In this document: positions 34,958-43,477 of the stretch, piece by piece
Position numbering within the stretch: position 1 is the first letter of the stretch
Layout: each line of letters begins with the position of its first letter
DNA from: a virus
Taxonomy: Duplodnaviria > Caudoviricetes
Virus record (IMG/VR): IMGVR_UViG_3300005764_000016
Span: 4,393-68,392 of that record
DNA length: 64,000 bases
Reading direction: 5' to 3' (one strand)
Notes under the pieces: generated by a model
Told to the model about the DNA's origin: nothing
Database searches by the model: none
The model's input: the letters and a program-made list of their open reading frames with translations, nothing else
Program-made: the position numbers and the translations under genes

Positions 34958-35170
34958 CTAGCTGGCGTCAGTCCCGTGTGCCTCTATTACCGTGTATCCA
35001 TGCTTGCGTCCCCATTGGATCGCTTCGTCTCGCGTCAGGAAGATCGGGCTGACCTTGCTGCTCATGGGATGCCAGGGCGACGAGTTGCCACGGTGTCCCA
35101 GGTAATAACCACCATTTAGCGTCACCATTGGGTACAGGTATTGATGCTGCCTACCTTTTGCGTCAGTCAT
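34958..35170 (-). CDS. Hypothetical small early protein
   Basis: MTDAKGRQHQYLYP..., GAGGAGG RBS inside the repeat. Confidence 0.55.
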   Translation of the reverse strand: MTDAKGRQHQYLYPMVTLNGGYYLGHRGNSSPWHPMSSKVSPIFLTRDEAIQWGRKHGYTVIEAHGTDAS

Positions 35171-35223
35171 CGCAAACCTCCTCGCCCCTGGTTCGCCGGG
35201 GCCGCGTGCCGCGAAAAGCGCGG

Positions 35224-35733
35224 CTAGTTTCCAGCGAGGGCGATACGGCGGGCTTCCTGCTCGGCCAGCAATTCCTCGAGCGTGGCGTAGACGGAAAACT
35301 CGTAGCCCTCGAAGTAGCCAACCGAGAACGTGTAGAGCTCGCCCGGGGTGCCGTCGGTCCAGCGGACGGTAAGTTTCTCGACGGTCTCGCGGTGGTAGTA
35401 GCCGCGCGACGGGCCGATCGACACGGGCGTCGTGCGCTCGACGGCGGCAACCTGGGTCAGGCGTGCCAGGCCACAGCGGGCCTCGCCGTCGCCGCCGCGG
35501 ACCTTGCTGACGAGGTCTTCGGCGTCCTTGGACAGACTCCCGCCCGGGGGCAGCTTGGCACCGATGCCGGTCGTGAAGCCGTCGCTCCAGAGAATCCAGG
35601 AGCTCGTGACGTGCAAGGGCTCGACGTTGCAGGTCATGCGAATCTGGTCGAGCCGCGTGCCGTCGATCTCGGCCAGGCGGCGGGCTTCCATTTCGTCGGT
35701 GGTCACGTAGTGACGGGTTTGGTAGCGGGTCAC
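35224..35733 (-). CDS. Hypothetical protein
   Basis: 169 aa, packed in the early gene run. Confidence 0.5.
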   Translation of the reverse strand: MTRYQTRHYVTTDEMEARRLAEIDGTRLDQIRMTCNVEPLHVTSSWILWSDGFTTGIGAKLPPGGSLSKDAEDLVSKVRGGDGEARCGLARLTQVAAVERTTPVSIGPSRGYYHRETVEKLTVRWTDGTPGELYTFSVGYFEGYEFSVYATLEELLAEQEARRIALAGN

Positions 35734-35736
35734 GGC

Positions 35737-35970
35737 TTACTCCTCCTCGTCCATCCTGGCCGGCCAGCAGTGGCCCTCGCCGCACCAAAGCTCGGCGTTG
35801 CCGTCGGCGTCGATCTCGGTCTGCTGGCCGTCCCAGCACATTTTGGTTTCGCCGGCATACTCGGCGTTGCCGTCGGCGTCGAAGTCGAGCAGCGCCACGC
35901 CGGGGATGGTTTCGCTGGTGCCGGTGGCGATGCCGCCGCAGCTGGGGCAGGTATGGGGTTCAAAGCGCAT
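35737..35970 (-). CDS. Small Cys-rich protein
   Basis: CPSCGG; the segment DADGNAE is repeated twice. Confidence 0.55.
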   Translation of the reverse strand: MRFEPHTCPSCGGIATGTSETIPGVALLDFDADGNAEYAGETKMCWDGQQTEIDADGNAELWCGEGHCWPARMDEEE

Positions 35971-36004
35971 GGGTTAGTTCTCCTGTTGCTCGGCGAGCCA
36001 TTCG

Positions 36005-36307
36005 TCACGGCTGATGGCGTTCTGGCCGTTGTAAACGCACGACCAGCCGGTCGCCCTCGGCGCAGTCGGGGCAGAAGAATTCGCCGCAGTCGAAACAGCG
36101 GACGGTGCCGGCCCGGTTGCACTCCACGCACGACGGGCCCAGGGCGACTTGCTCGTCGTCCAGCTGGGTGAGGCCTTGCAGGTAGCCGGCCAGGCACTCG
36201 GGGCAGCAGTGGTCGGGGCCGGTGCAGCCGGCGTGGGGATCGTCCGGGAAACGCCGTTCGTTGCGCAGCTGGGTTTCCAGCCAGCCGTCGAATTGATAAG
36301 CCATCAT
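36005..36307 (-). CDS. Small Zn-finger protein
   Basis: Multiple CxxC motifs; AGGAG RBS before ATG 36307. Confidence 0.45.
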   Translation of the reverse strand: MMAYQFDGWLETQLRNERRFPDDPHAGCTGPDHCCPECLAGYLQGLTQLDDEQVALGPSCVECNRAGTVRCFDCGEFFCPDCAEGDRLVVRLQRPERHQP

Positions 36308-36379
36308 TGCTCTAAACTCCTCAACAGTTTGGGGCCACCGGCCCGGGGCTGTTTCCACCAGCCGCCGGGCCGCTCTCGT

Positions 36380-36565
36380 TTACTCGTCGTCGTCGGTGGC
36401 CCACAGGCCATCGTCGTTGCGTATGCTTTCGTACTCGCCGCGGTCGTCGTACACGGGCAGGTGAAACGAGACCTTGGACTTGATTTCGTCGGGCGTGGTT
36501 TCCTCGTCGGCGACGTACCAGGTTTCCAGCACGGTGCCGTCGTCTTTCGCAAGCGTCAGTTGCAT
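36380..36565 (-). CDS. Hypothetical small acidic protein
   Basis: 61 aa with AGGAG RBS. Confidence 0.55.
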   Translation of the reverse strand: MQLTLAKDDGTVLETWYVADEETTPDEIKSKVSFHLPVYDDRGEYESIRNDDGLWATDDDE

Positions 36566-36696
36566 GGCTGGTTCTCCTGTGCGGCGACTTTGGGATAGAA
36601 GGCCTTGCCCGAGTGTTCCACCAGCGTGGTGGGCCGTAGGCGTAGGTAGAGCTCGCCGGGGACTAATGCCGAGGCAGGTATCTTGCGGGCTTTCAT
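36556..36696 (-). CDS. Hypothetical 46-aa protein
   Basis: Starts within the 28-nt RBS repeat (MKARKIPASALVPGELY...). Confidence 0.45.
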   Translation of the reverse strand: MKARKIPASALVPGELYLRLRPTTLVEHSGKAFYPKVAAQENQPCN

Positions 36697-36930
36697 GGTG
36701 GTTACTCCTGTGAAGGCGATTAGCGTATGCGTGCTGAGTCCATATCGTCCAAGTCGATGGTGACTGTATCCCCGTTGGGGTCTGTCACCGAAAAAACGAC
36801 TGCGGTAGATTCGGGATCGGTCATCATTGAGAACGCCTCGCGGGCAGCTTCCAGAGGCGTATCAGCGTCAACATCGACTTCCCAAACAATGCGGAATGAT
36901 GGCATGGTGGTTACTCCTGTGAAGGCGATT
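36694..36930 (-). repeat. 28-nt direct repeat carrying SD+ATG (36694-36721, 36903-36930)
   Basis: catggtggttactcctgtgaaggcgatt occurs twice. Confidence 0.8.
36720..36905 (-). CDS. Hypothetical small protein
   Basis: MPSFRIVWEVDVDADTPLEAAREA; bracketed by the RBS repeat. Confidence 0.6.
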   Translation of the reverse strand: MPSFRIVWEVDVDADTPLEAAREAFSMMTDPESTAVVFSVTDPNGDTVTIDLDDMDSARIR

Positions 36931-36954
36931 GTTCGAGTTTCTGGGTGGGGCAGG

Positions 36955-37083
36955 CTAGTCCACGTCCGCGACGAGGTAGCCGTTGTCGTCGAGCAACTTC
37001 GCTATTTCGTCCAGCGTGTCCGGCGTCCAGGCGACGCCGTCCAGCAATTCTTGAATGGCAAGTAACAGGTCGTGGTCGTCCAC
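36955..37083 (-). CDS. Hypothetical 42-aa acidic protein
   Basis: VDDHDLLLAIQELLDGVAWTPDTLDEIAKLL... Confidence 0.45.
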   Translation of the reverse strand: MDDHDLLLAIQELLDGVAWTPDTLDEIAKLLDDNGYLVADVD

Positions 37084-37140
37084 GGCTGAATCTCCAGCGG
37101 GCGAGGGGAAGGGCGAGGGGGTGAGGGGGCGAGGGGCTGA

Positions 37141-38679
37141 TTACCAGCCCCGTTCGATGCGGGCGGCGGCTTGATCCAATTCGATGGCCAGGTGGTTCGT
37201 GTCGTTGGCCGTGACGCTGGTGGCGTGGGCCATATTGATCTTGCAGCCCAGGCCGATGGCGACGATCTTGATGCCCTTCTTGTGGGCGGCGGTGCAAGCG
37301 GCGTTGCAGGTGTCCTGATCGTCCGGTTCGCCGTCGGTGACGACGACCAGCCACTTGGCGCCGGCCGACTGTGCAGCGAGCCAGTCGGTTGCGGCCTGGA
37401 CGGCTTCCGTGGTCCGCGTGCCGCCCATGTTCCGAACCTGGTCGAAGTGGTTGCTATCCTTCCAGTCGGTCCCGAACGCGATCGACTTGACCGGGCCGCA
37501 TTCCTTCATGCCGAGGGCGAAGGCCCGGGCGATGCCGGCACACTCGGCCATCACGTTGTACATGGAGCCGGAGCAGTCGAGCAGCACGGCCGCGGCCAGC
37601 CCGTCGGCGTGCGGGGCGTCCTGCCAGCGGGCCAGGCAGTGGCCGTCGGTGACGATACGGTAGGCCTGTCCGAGGGTGGAGCCGCTGGCCATGCCATCGT
37701 CCTTGGCGATGGCGTCGCCGTCGTTGGCGATGCGGGCGGCGACCTTGCGGACGGCCGGGGAGAGCAGGTTGAAGGATTCGGTATCAAACGGGTTCATGCC
37801 GGGGGCCCCGGCGCCTTGCGAAGCACCGATGCCGCCCTTGCCGGCCGCGACCGCGTCGCCCGCGGCGCCGGTGGCCACGTCGGCGTTGGCCGGGACGTTG
37901 GCCGTTCCTTGGGCGCGGGCCGACTTGCCGGCCTTGCCGGTCTGGCCCGTGCCGTCGCCGGGGCCGAACAGGTCGCCGACTTCCGGGGCGCCGGGCGGTG
38001 GCGTGAACGGGGCGAGGATGACGGCCAGCTGCTTGGCAAGGTCGATCAGTTTCGGGAAGCGGGCAGGCGTGGGCCGGCCGTCCTGGGCGGGCGTGCGGCG
38101 GGCCTTCCGCAGGAGAGCGTACACCGCGCGGGCGTCGACGCCGAACCGGCGGGCCATCCTGACGTTGTAGTTGCCAATGCGGGTCAGCATGCGCGGCCGG
38201 GGCAGGCGGGCGGCAAGCAGGCCGGTGACGAGCAGCTTCCACGCATGGGAACTCGTGTCGTTCCAGTCGTACAGCCGATCGACCTGCGGTTTCTTGAGGG
38301 CATCCAGGTTGCCGGCATCGAGCAGCTGGCCGGGGCGCTGGTTCAGTTGCAGCGTGGCGAAATAGTGGGCGATCCACGATTCGTCCGCCACGTCCAGGAC
38401 CGCGTTCAGGCAGTCGTGTTCCAGCCGCGAGCGCTGGGGGTCAATCAGTTTGTGAGACTCGTAAAACTGGTGCGCGAGCTCGTGCACCACCGTGCCGCAG
38501 GTGACGGCGAATTGTTCCTCGGTCTGGTAGTTGCTCATGCCGGGCAGGGTAATCGTGCCGGCCTTGTTAATGGCGGCGTTGGCCCCGTCCTCGACCTTCA
38601 CGCGCAGGCCGAGTTTCATGCCGATGGCCTTGGCAAAGCCCGCGTAAGCCAGCTTGCCGTAAACCGTCTGGCGTGCCAT
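37141..38679 (-). CDS. vWA-domain protein with N-terminal HExxH (CobT-like MoxR partner)
   Basis: VVHELAH; MIDAS LLDCSGSM, GGTRT, VVTDG. Confidence 0.85.
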   Translation of the reverse strand: MARQTVYGKLAYAGFAKAIGMKLGLRVKVEDGANAAINKAGTITLPGMSNYQTEEQFAVTCGTVVHELAHQFYESHKLIDPQRSRLEHDCLNAVLDVADESWIAHYFATLQLNQRPGQLLDAGNLDALKKPQVDRLYDWNDTSSHAWKLLVTGLLAARLPRPRMLTRIGNYNVRMARRFGVDARAVYALLRKARRTPAQDGRPTPARFPKLIDLAKQLAVILAPFTPPPGAPEVGDLFGPGDGTGQTGKAGKSARAQGTANVPANADVATGAAGDAVAAGKGGIGASQGAGAPGMNPFDTESFNLLSPAVRKVAARIANDGDAIAKDDGMASGSTLGQAYRIVTDGHCLARWQDAPHADGLAAAVLLDCSGSMYNVMAECAGIARAFALGMKECGPVKSIAFGTDWKDSNHFDQVRNMGGTRTTEAVQAATDWLAAQSAGAKWLVVVTDGEPDDQDTCNAACTAAHKKGIKIVAIGLGCKINMAHATSVTANDTNHLAIELDQAAARIERGW

Positions 38680-38727
38680 TTTCCGATCCTTTCCGTTTCC
38701 TTTGGGCGTCGTTTGTTGTCTAAGATT

Positions 38728-38756
38728 AGTATAGCAGTGTTGTTTACTCTTGTCAA
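38728..38756 (-). promoter_or_regulatory. Strong sigma70 promoter of the vWA gene
   Basis: TTGACA-N17-TATACT. Confidence 0.8.
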
Positions 38757-38844
38757 CAGCAATCGGAAAGAAAAATTGGGCGGTTGTGTACGGGTGTTTA
38801 GGCCGCTTTGGACCCCATGATTTTGGTAAAGGGCGAGGGGGCGA

Positions 38845-39081
38845 TTAGTTCGGCCGGCCGTCCAGGGCGTTGACTTCCTGTTGGGCCAAGTCGCCGGCGA
38901 GCATGAGGGCCTTCTCGTGGCGTCGGTTCACGCGGAACAAGTGCGTGCCGTGGTTGGGAGTACGCCCCTGCTCGAATGGAATGCCTTGCTCGACCAAAGC
39001 AGCGGCTAGGCGGGTGGCAACGCGCCCGTCGTCCATCAAGAGGAAAAAGGTTCTCGCTTTCACGGTTCGTTCTCCAGACAT
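38845..39081 (-). CDS. Hypothetical protein
   Basis: 78 aa ORF. Confidence 0.4.
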   Translation of the reverse strand: MSGERTVKARTFFLLMDDGRVATRLAAALVEQGIPFEQGRTPNHGTHLFRVNRRHEKALMLAGDLAQQEVNALDGRPN

Positions 39082-39134
39082 CGTTCGGTCTCCAGAGGGC
39101 GAAAGTAAGGGGGAAGGAAAGGGCGAGGGGTGAA

Positions 39135-39296
39135 TTAGGTGAGGCGGGAAGCAAAGGCTTCCAGCGCACCGAATAGTTCGCGTTCAATCCGGCGAACTAT
39201 TGGATCGCGCCGAAACTTGTCTACAACCTTCTTGGCCTTGTTGTGCTTATTCACGTTTCGCGTCGAACGTCGCCCGCCAACTTTGCACTTCGCCAT
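39135..39296 (-). CDS. Small basic protein
   Basis: MAKCKVGGRRSTRNV..., AGGAG RBS. Confidence 0.45.
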   Translation of the reverse strand: MAKCKVGGRRSTRNVNKHNKAKKVVDKFRRDPIVRRIERELFGALEAFASRLT

Positions 39297-39416
39297 GATG
39301 ATCGTTCTCCTGAAAAAGGGTTTGGTTGGGCGATGGGGGCGATTAGTTGGCCTCGGCCGGGGCAATGTCGATGCCCGTGCTGGCCAGATGCCGGCGGCGC
39401 AGGGCGATGGGGGCGA

Positions 39417-40484
39417 TTAGTTGGCCGCGGCCGGGGCGGCGTTGGGCCACTGGGCGACCGAGTTGCGGGCAATTTCCGTGAGGCAGGCCCGCTGCGGAGC
39501 GGCCAGCTGGGGCGGGCCGACTAGGTCCAAGATGGCCACGTCGTAAGCGTCCTGCCAGGTCATGCCGGCCTGCTTGACCAGCCGAATCCAGCGGGTCAGC
39601 GAGCGGGGCGACAGGTCGAAGTGTAAGTCGGCGCTGCGGATCATTTTGGCAACCGACTGCACCTGGCTGGCTTCCTCGGGACTGCAGCCCGTCATGATTT
39701 CGAGCAGCTTGGCTTCCTGCTTGGGTTCCAGGTAGTCCGCGTAAATCGGCATGAGCCGATCTTTGAGGGCGGCGTTGACCTCGCGCGTGCCGGTGTAGCC
39801 TTCGTTGTAAATGAGGATCAGGCGGAACCCCTTGTGCGGCGGGATGACTTCGCCCGTGGGCAGCCGCAGGCCCTCGCCGGTCTGGTCGGTCAGAGTGTTG
39901 ACCAGCGACCAGACGCCCGGATGGATGACGTTGCTTTCTTCGGCGATGAGCCAGCTGCCCGTGCGGAGGGCGATGGTAAGCGGCCCGTCGATGAAGCGGA
40001 GCGAACCCTTTTTCGACGTCCACGTGCCGAGTAGGGCGTCGATCTGCATGTTCGCCGCACACTGCATGGTCACCGTCGGGTGGCCGATCTCGGTGGCGAG
40101 CTCCCGGATGGCGGTGGACTTGCCGCAGCCGCGGGGGCCGAACAGGGTGGCGCCCTTTTCAGCGGCCATGGCGTAGCGGAGGACGGGATACCACTTCGGC
40201 GGCACGAACCCGTCGGACGTTTTGCCCGTCGCCACCGGGGCGTTGACCACGGCCACCGGGACGGAGGATTCACCGTCGGCCGGGCTGGCGGGCTGAGCGG
40301 CGCGGGGGGCCCCCTGCTTGCGGTTGGCAAGCCCGCCGCGGTAGAGGACGGACCACACCGTCTGCCAGGGAATGCCTAGATCGGTGCCGATGGCGCGGAT
40401 GTTCTGGCCGGCCTGGCGCTTGGCGATAATTTCGTTTTTCTGCAGGTCAGTGAGAGACACGTTGCTAGTTCCTTTCCGTTTCAT
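39417..40484 (-). CDS. MoxR/CbbQ-like AAA+ ATPase with N-terminal HTH
   Basis: GPRGCGKS, LIAEES, YN.GYTG..EVNAALKDR, SPR. Confidence 0.88.
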   Translation of the reverse strand: MKRKGTSNVSLTDLQKNEIIAKRQAGQNIRAIGTDLGIPWQTVWSVLYRGGLANRKQGAPRAAQPASPADGESSVPVAVVNAPVATGKTSDGFVPPKWYPVLRYAMAAEKGATLFGPRGCGKSTAIRELATEIGHPTVTMQCAANMQIDALLGTWTSKKGSLRFIDGPLTIALRTGSWLIAEESNVIHPGVWSLVNTLTDQTGEGLRLPTGEVIPPHKGFRLILIYNEGYTGTREVNAALKDRLMPIYADYLEPKQEAKLLEIMTGCSPEEASQVQSVAKMIRSADLHFDLSPRSLTRWIRLVKQAGMTWQDAYDVAILDLVGPPQLAAPQRACLTEIARNSVAQWPNAAPAAAN

Positions 40485-40510
40485 TCGGGCGTCTTTTCTT
40501 GTCTAGTATT

Positions 40511-40539
40511 AGTATAGCCAGCTTGTTTACCTTTGTCAA
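40511..40539 (-). promoter_or_regulatory. Strong sigma70 promoter of the AAA gene
   Basis: TTGACA-N17-TATACT; near-copy of the 38728 promoter. Confidence 0.8.
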
Positions 40540-40614
40540 CAGCAATTGGCGAAAAAGGCTGAGTTTTTCGCTTTTCCTAAGATGGCTAGGAATAAGGCTT
40601 TACTGTATGTATAA

Positions 40615-40809
40615 TTATGCACACCGCCGGCGACGGCGGCGAATTGGCGGGCGTCCCTGGGGCTTGACCTTGGCTAATTCCGGGTCGCCGAGTTTCTCGG
40701 CGATGGCTTGACGAATGAAGGCCGAGGCATTTTGCCCGCTGGCTTCCATGCGGCGCAGTCGCCTGAGCAGCTTGGAGCTGACGCGGAGAATGAATCGCGG
40801 TGACTTCAT
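40615..40809 (-). CDS. Ribbon-helix-helix DNA-binding protein
   Basis: FILRVS...NASAFIRQAIAEKL. Confidence 0.65.
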   Translation of the reverse strand: MKSPRFILRVSSKLLRRLRRMEASGQNASAFIRQAIAEKLGDPELAKVKPQGRPPIRRRRRRCA

Positions 40810-40839
40810 GCCAAGCACCTTTTTTGGAGGTCTATCACA

Positions 40840-41187
40840 GTGGCCGATTCCGTAGGGACGCCGTATACGGTCGCCGACTGCGAGACGCTCTGCCAGGGCT
40901 GCCACGACCTAGCACACGCGAGCATGAATGGCGCGGCTGCCAAGGCACGGCGGGCGAAGCCGGTGACGAAGGAAGAGATTCTAGCGTTGCGTGGCCAGAT
41001 GCAAATGAGCCAGCAAGAATTTGCGGTGCGGTTGGGTTTGAAGACCAGGGGGGCAGTTTGCCAGCTGGAACGCGGAACCAGGAAGCCCAGCGGTCCCCTC
41101 TTGGCTCTGCTGAACCTGTTAATTGCATCTCAGGAAAGTCGCCAGACATTCGCCGAAGTGAAACGAAGCGACCAGCAACCAGCCTAA
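40840..41187 (+). CDS. XRE-family HTH protein with an N-terminal CxxCH fragment (HNH remnant)
   Basis: TLCQGCHDLAH; MSQQEFAVRLG..VCQLERG.RKP. Confidence 0.7.
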   Translation: MADSVGTPYTVADCETLCQGCHDLAHASMNGAAAKARRAKPVTKEEILALRGQMQMSQQEFAVRLGLKTRGAVCQLERGTRKPSGPLLALLNLLIASQESRQTFAEVKRSDQQPA

Positions 41188-41188
41188 C

Positions 41189-41416
41189 TCAGCCCGGCTT
41201 TTTTCGAGAAGTTTCCTTGGCGAGCTTCCGAAGTAGGACGGCCTTGGGGCCCGTGGCCAGCGTGCGGCCACTCTCCAGGTGGCGCACTTGCGAGCGGTGC
41301 CGGAGCCCTAAATAGACGGCCAGCTCGTCCTGGGTCATGTTCGCCTTGCGGCGGATCGCCATAACCTCTTCGGCCGTAAGGGGCGGCAGCGCGGCGGTGG
41401 TTGCTTGCTGGGTCAT
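41189..41416 (-). CDS. XRE-family HTH protein
   Basis: IRRKANMTQDELAVYLG..VRHLESG. Confidence 0.8.
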   Translation of the reverse strand: MTQQATTAALPPLTAEEVMAIRRKANMTQDELAVYLGLRHRSQVRHLESGRTLATGPKAVLLRKLAKETSRKKPG

Positions 41417-41500
41417 GAACGGGGGTCTCCTGAGTTAAGCGAGCCCTTGGCTCCCTACCAAGGGACCACGTTTACAGTTTATCCCCGTAAACAAGGCGGG

Positions 41501-41833
41501 TCAAGTTGAAGTTGACGAAGTGGCAGGGGAAATGAGTTTTCCAGCGTCGTCTAAGAGCAGCTCTACGGGCGAGAGAGCCGGGTGTGCCCGGAAGTAAGGA
41601 CGAATGGCCCCCTCGACGATCCGGGCGTCCCCTTCCCACCAGCGGACGTGCGCCTTGCTATGCCTGGTCTTGCCGTGTTCCACGGGCAGGTAGCCGAACG
41701 GCACGACCTGCACGACGTGCGGCGGGCCGTCGGCCAGGATGCGGACCATGCCCACGTCGGCCATGGGATGGTAGCCCAGCCGCGCGCAGCGGAGGGCGGT
41801 GCCGAAGGATACCTTGCTCTCGGTGAAGGTCAT
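41501..41833 (-). CDS. Hypothetical protein
   Basis: 110 aa, coupled to the upstream ORF. Confidence 0.45.
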   Translation of the reverse strand: MTFTESKVSFGTALRCARLGYHPMADVGMVRILADGPPHVVQVVPFGYLPVEHGKTRHSKAHVRWWEGDARIVEGAIRPYFRAHPALSPVELLLDDAGKLISPATSSTST

Positions 41834-42348
41834 TGTCCGTTACCCGTGGGCAAAAGCAGCGCGCCCGTAGAGACGGCTTCTCGCAGGCACCTGGGGTGCA
41901 GCCGGGCTTCCAGCTTGCCCTTCCACAGGCGGATGGCCGGGAACTCGTCGGGGTTGTCTTCCTCGTCGCTGGCCCACACCGCTTCCTCCTCGGGGTCGAG
42001 GATCGGCTCACCGCACCACGAGCAGGTGCAGTCGGGCCCCTCCTCGACGTGCTTGGCAAACCAGGTGAGCGAGCGCCGGGCCGGCGGCACCGGCTCCAGG
42101 TCCTCGACGGCGTGGTAGACCAGCGCGTCGCCCTTGAACTCCACCGCCTCGCGGACCTGGGCCTTGTCCCTGACGCACTTGTCGCAGGCGAAGGCCACGG
42201 CCTTGCCGGATTCGCCGGTGAGCACGTTGCCGGCGGTCGGGTAGTCCCACTTCGCCTTCCGGTCGAGCTCGACCAGGTTGCGGCAGAAGCCCGTCACCTG
42301 GCCGCAGGCCCCGCAGCGCACCTTTTCCACGGCGTCGTCGATGGTCAT
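41830..42348 (-). CDS. Multi-CxxC Zn-binding protein
   Basis: CGAC, CDKC and CSWC motifs. Confidence 0.55.
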   Translation of the reverse strand: MTIDDAVEKVRCGACGQVTGFCRNLVELDRKAKWDYPTAGNVLTGESGKAVAFACDKCVRDKAQVREAVEFKGDALVYHAVEDLEPVPPARRSLTWFAKHVEEGPDCTCSWCGEPILDPEEEAVWASDEEDNPDEFPAIRLWKGKLEARLHPRCLREAVSTGALLLPTGNGQ

Positions 42349-42351
42349 GGC

Positions 42352-43038
42352 TTACTCCGCAGGCACGTACTTCATGAATTCGTCGCGCATCCGGTGCAAT
42401 GCCTCCATCGCGCCGGGCTGCTCGCGGGCGAGTTCCTCGAGGAACGGCAAGCCGGTCTCGATCGAGCGTAGCACCTGGGCCCGCGTGGCGTTGGGCTTGC
42501 CCTCGGCGTACCACTCGACGCGGGTCGGGTCGCCCATCTGAAGAAGCACGCCGCCCTTGCCGTCACGAAAGAGCGAATAGCTGCGCGTGGTCCAGAGCAG
42601 CACGACGCCGGGATTGCGGCGGATGGAATGGCCGGGCTGGATGCAGGAGTTCTCCATCGCCTCGGTGGTCTCGTCCTCGCGGCGATGCATGTAGGGCTTC
42701 GTGAGGAAGGGGCAATTCCGCGCGGAGTACGTGGCGCATTCGTGGTGGCTGGGCGGCTCGCTACTGGTGCGATTGACCCCGCACATGGGCCCGGCAACGA
42801 AGGTCATATAGCGGCCGAGTTTCTCGCCGCACACCCAGCAAAGTTTGTCCTGGATCGCCTGGCGAAACTTGCGGCCGTCCATCGCCCGAAATTCGGGCTG
42901 CAACTGGCCGTCGACCAGAATCCACGGGACAAACCAGGGCACGGGATAGCCGCGGGCGTCGATCGGAAGTCGGCTCAGGCGCTCGGGCAGCGCCTCCAGT
43001 TCGGGGCGAAGCGCGGGGGTTTCGGTGACGGTGTTCAC
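42352..43038 (-). CDS. Conserved phage hypothetical protein
   Basis: RGYPVPWFV, CWVCGEKL, EPPSHHECA..CPFL. Confidence 0.7.
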   Translation of the reverse strand: MNTVTETPALRPELEALPERLSRLPIDARGYPVPWFVPWILVDGQLQPEFRAMDGRKFRQAIQDKLCWVCGEKLGRYMTFVAGPMCGVNRTSSEPPSHHECATYSARNCPFLTKPYMHRREDETTEAMENSCIQPGHSIRRNPGVVLLWTTRSYSLFRDGKGGVLLQMGDPTRVEWYAEGKPNATRAQVLRSIETGLPFLEELAREQPGAMEALHRMRDEFMKYVPAE

Positions 43039-43105
43039 GTTCGATCCTCCGGGTTAATGGTGTGGGCGAATTGCTCCGGGCCATCGGACGGTGCGGGGTT
43101 CATGG

Positions 43106-43474
43106 CTATTCTTGATCGTCGAACATGGAACCATTCTTGCTCGGGCTGTCGCCGTCGATGCTACGTCGCATTTGTTCGATGGTCGGCCAGTCGGCTCCGC
43201 GCTTGCGGTAACGAAAATAAACGGAAACGACGCAATCGACGTTGTAGGGGAATAGATCGGCGTGAAATTCGGTTCGCCGCGACCAGTGTTTGGAAACGCG
43301 CTCGAAAACTTCGTCGCGCAAGCGGCTGTTAATTCCCCAGGCGTCGGCAGACACCGTATAAGCAACCGTATCGCTGTCGCCGTTGCGCTTGTTTTCGGCC
43401 AGCACGTCCACGACCGAATGCAGGAGCGTTCGGTAGTCGAAACGCCTGGCGTAGTCCTTGCTGCTCGTCATCAT
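43106..43474 (-). CDS. Hypothetical protein
   Basis: 122 aa. Confidence 0.45.
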   Translation of the reverse strand: MMTSSKDYARRFDYRTLLHSVVDVLAENKRNGDSDTVAYTVSADAWGINSRLRDEVFERVSKHWSRRTEFHADLFPYNVDCVVSVYFRYRKRGADWPTIEQMRRSIDGDSPSKNGSMFDDQE

Positions 43475-43477
43475 GGC

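Larger units (their letters stand above)
34491..35215 (-). repeat. Three copies of a hairpin+SD leader (34491-34513, 34912-34950, 35177-35215)
   Basis: cccctggttcgccggggccgcg occurs three times; copies 2 and 3 are identical over 39 nt. Confidence 0.8.

Noticed and set aside
39063-39095. cggttcgttc resembling the loop repeat
   Set aside because: No edge repeat or 37-nt periodicity; lies at a gene start
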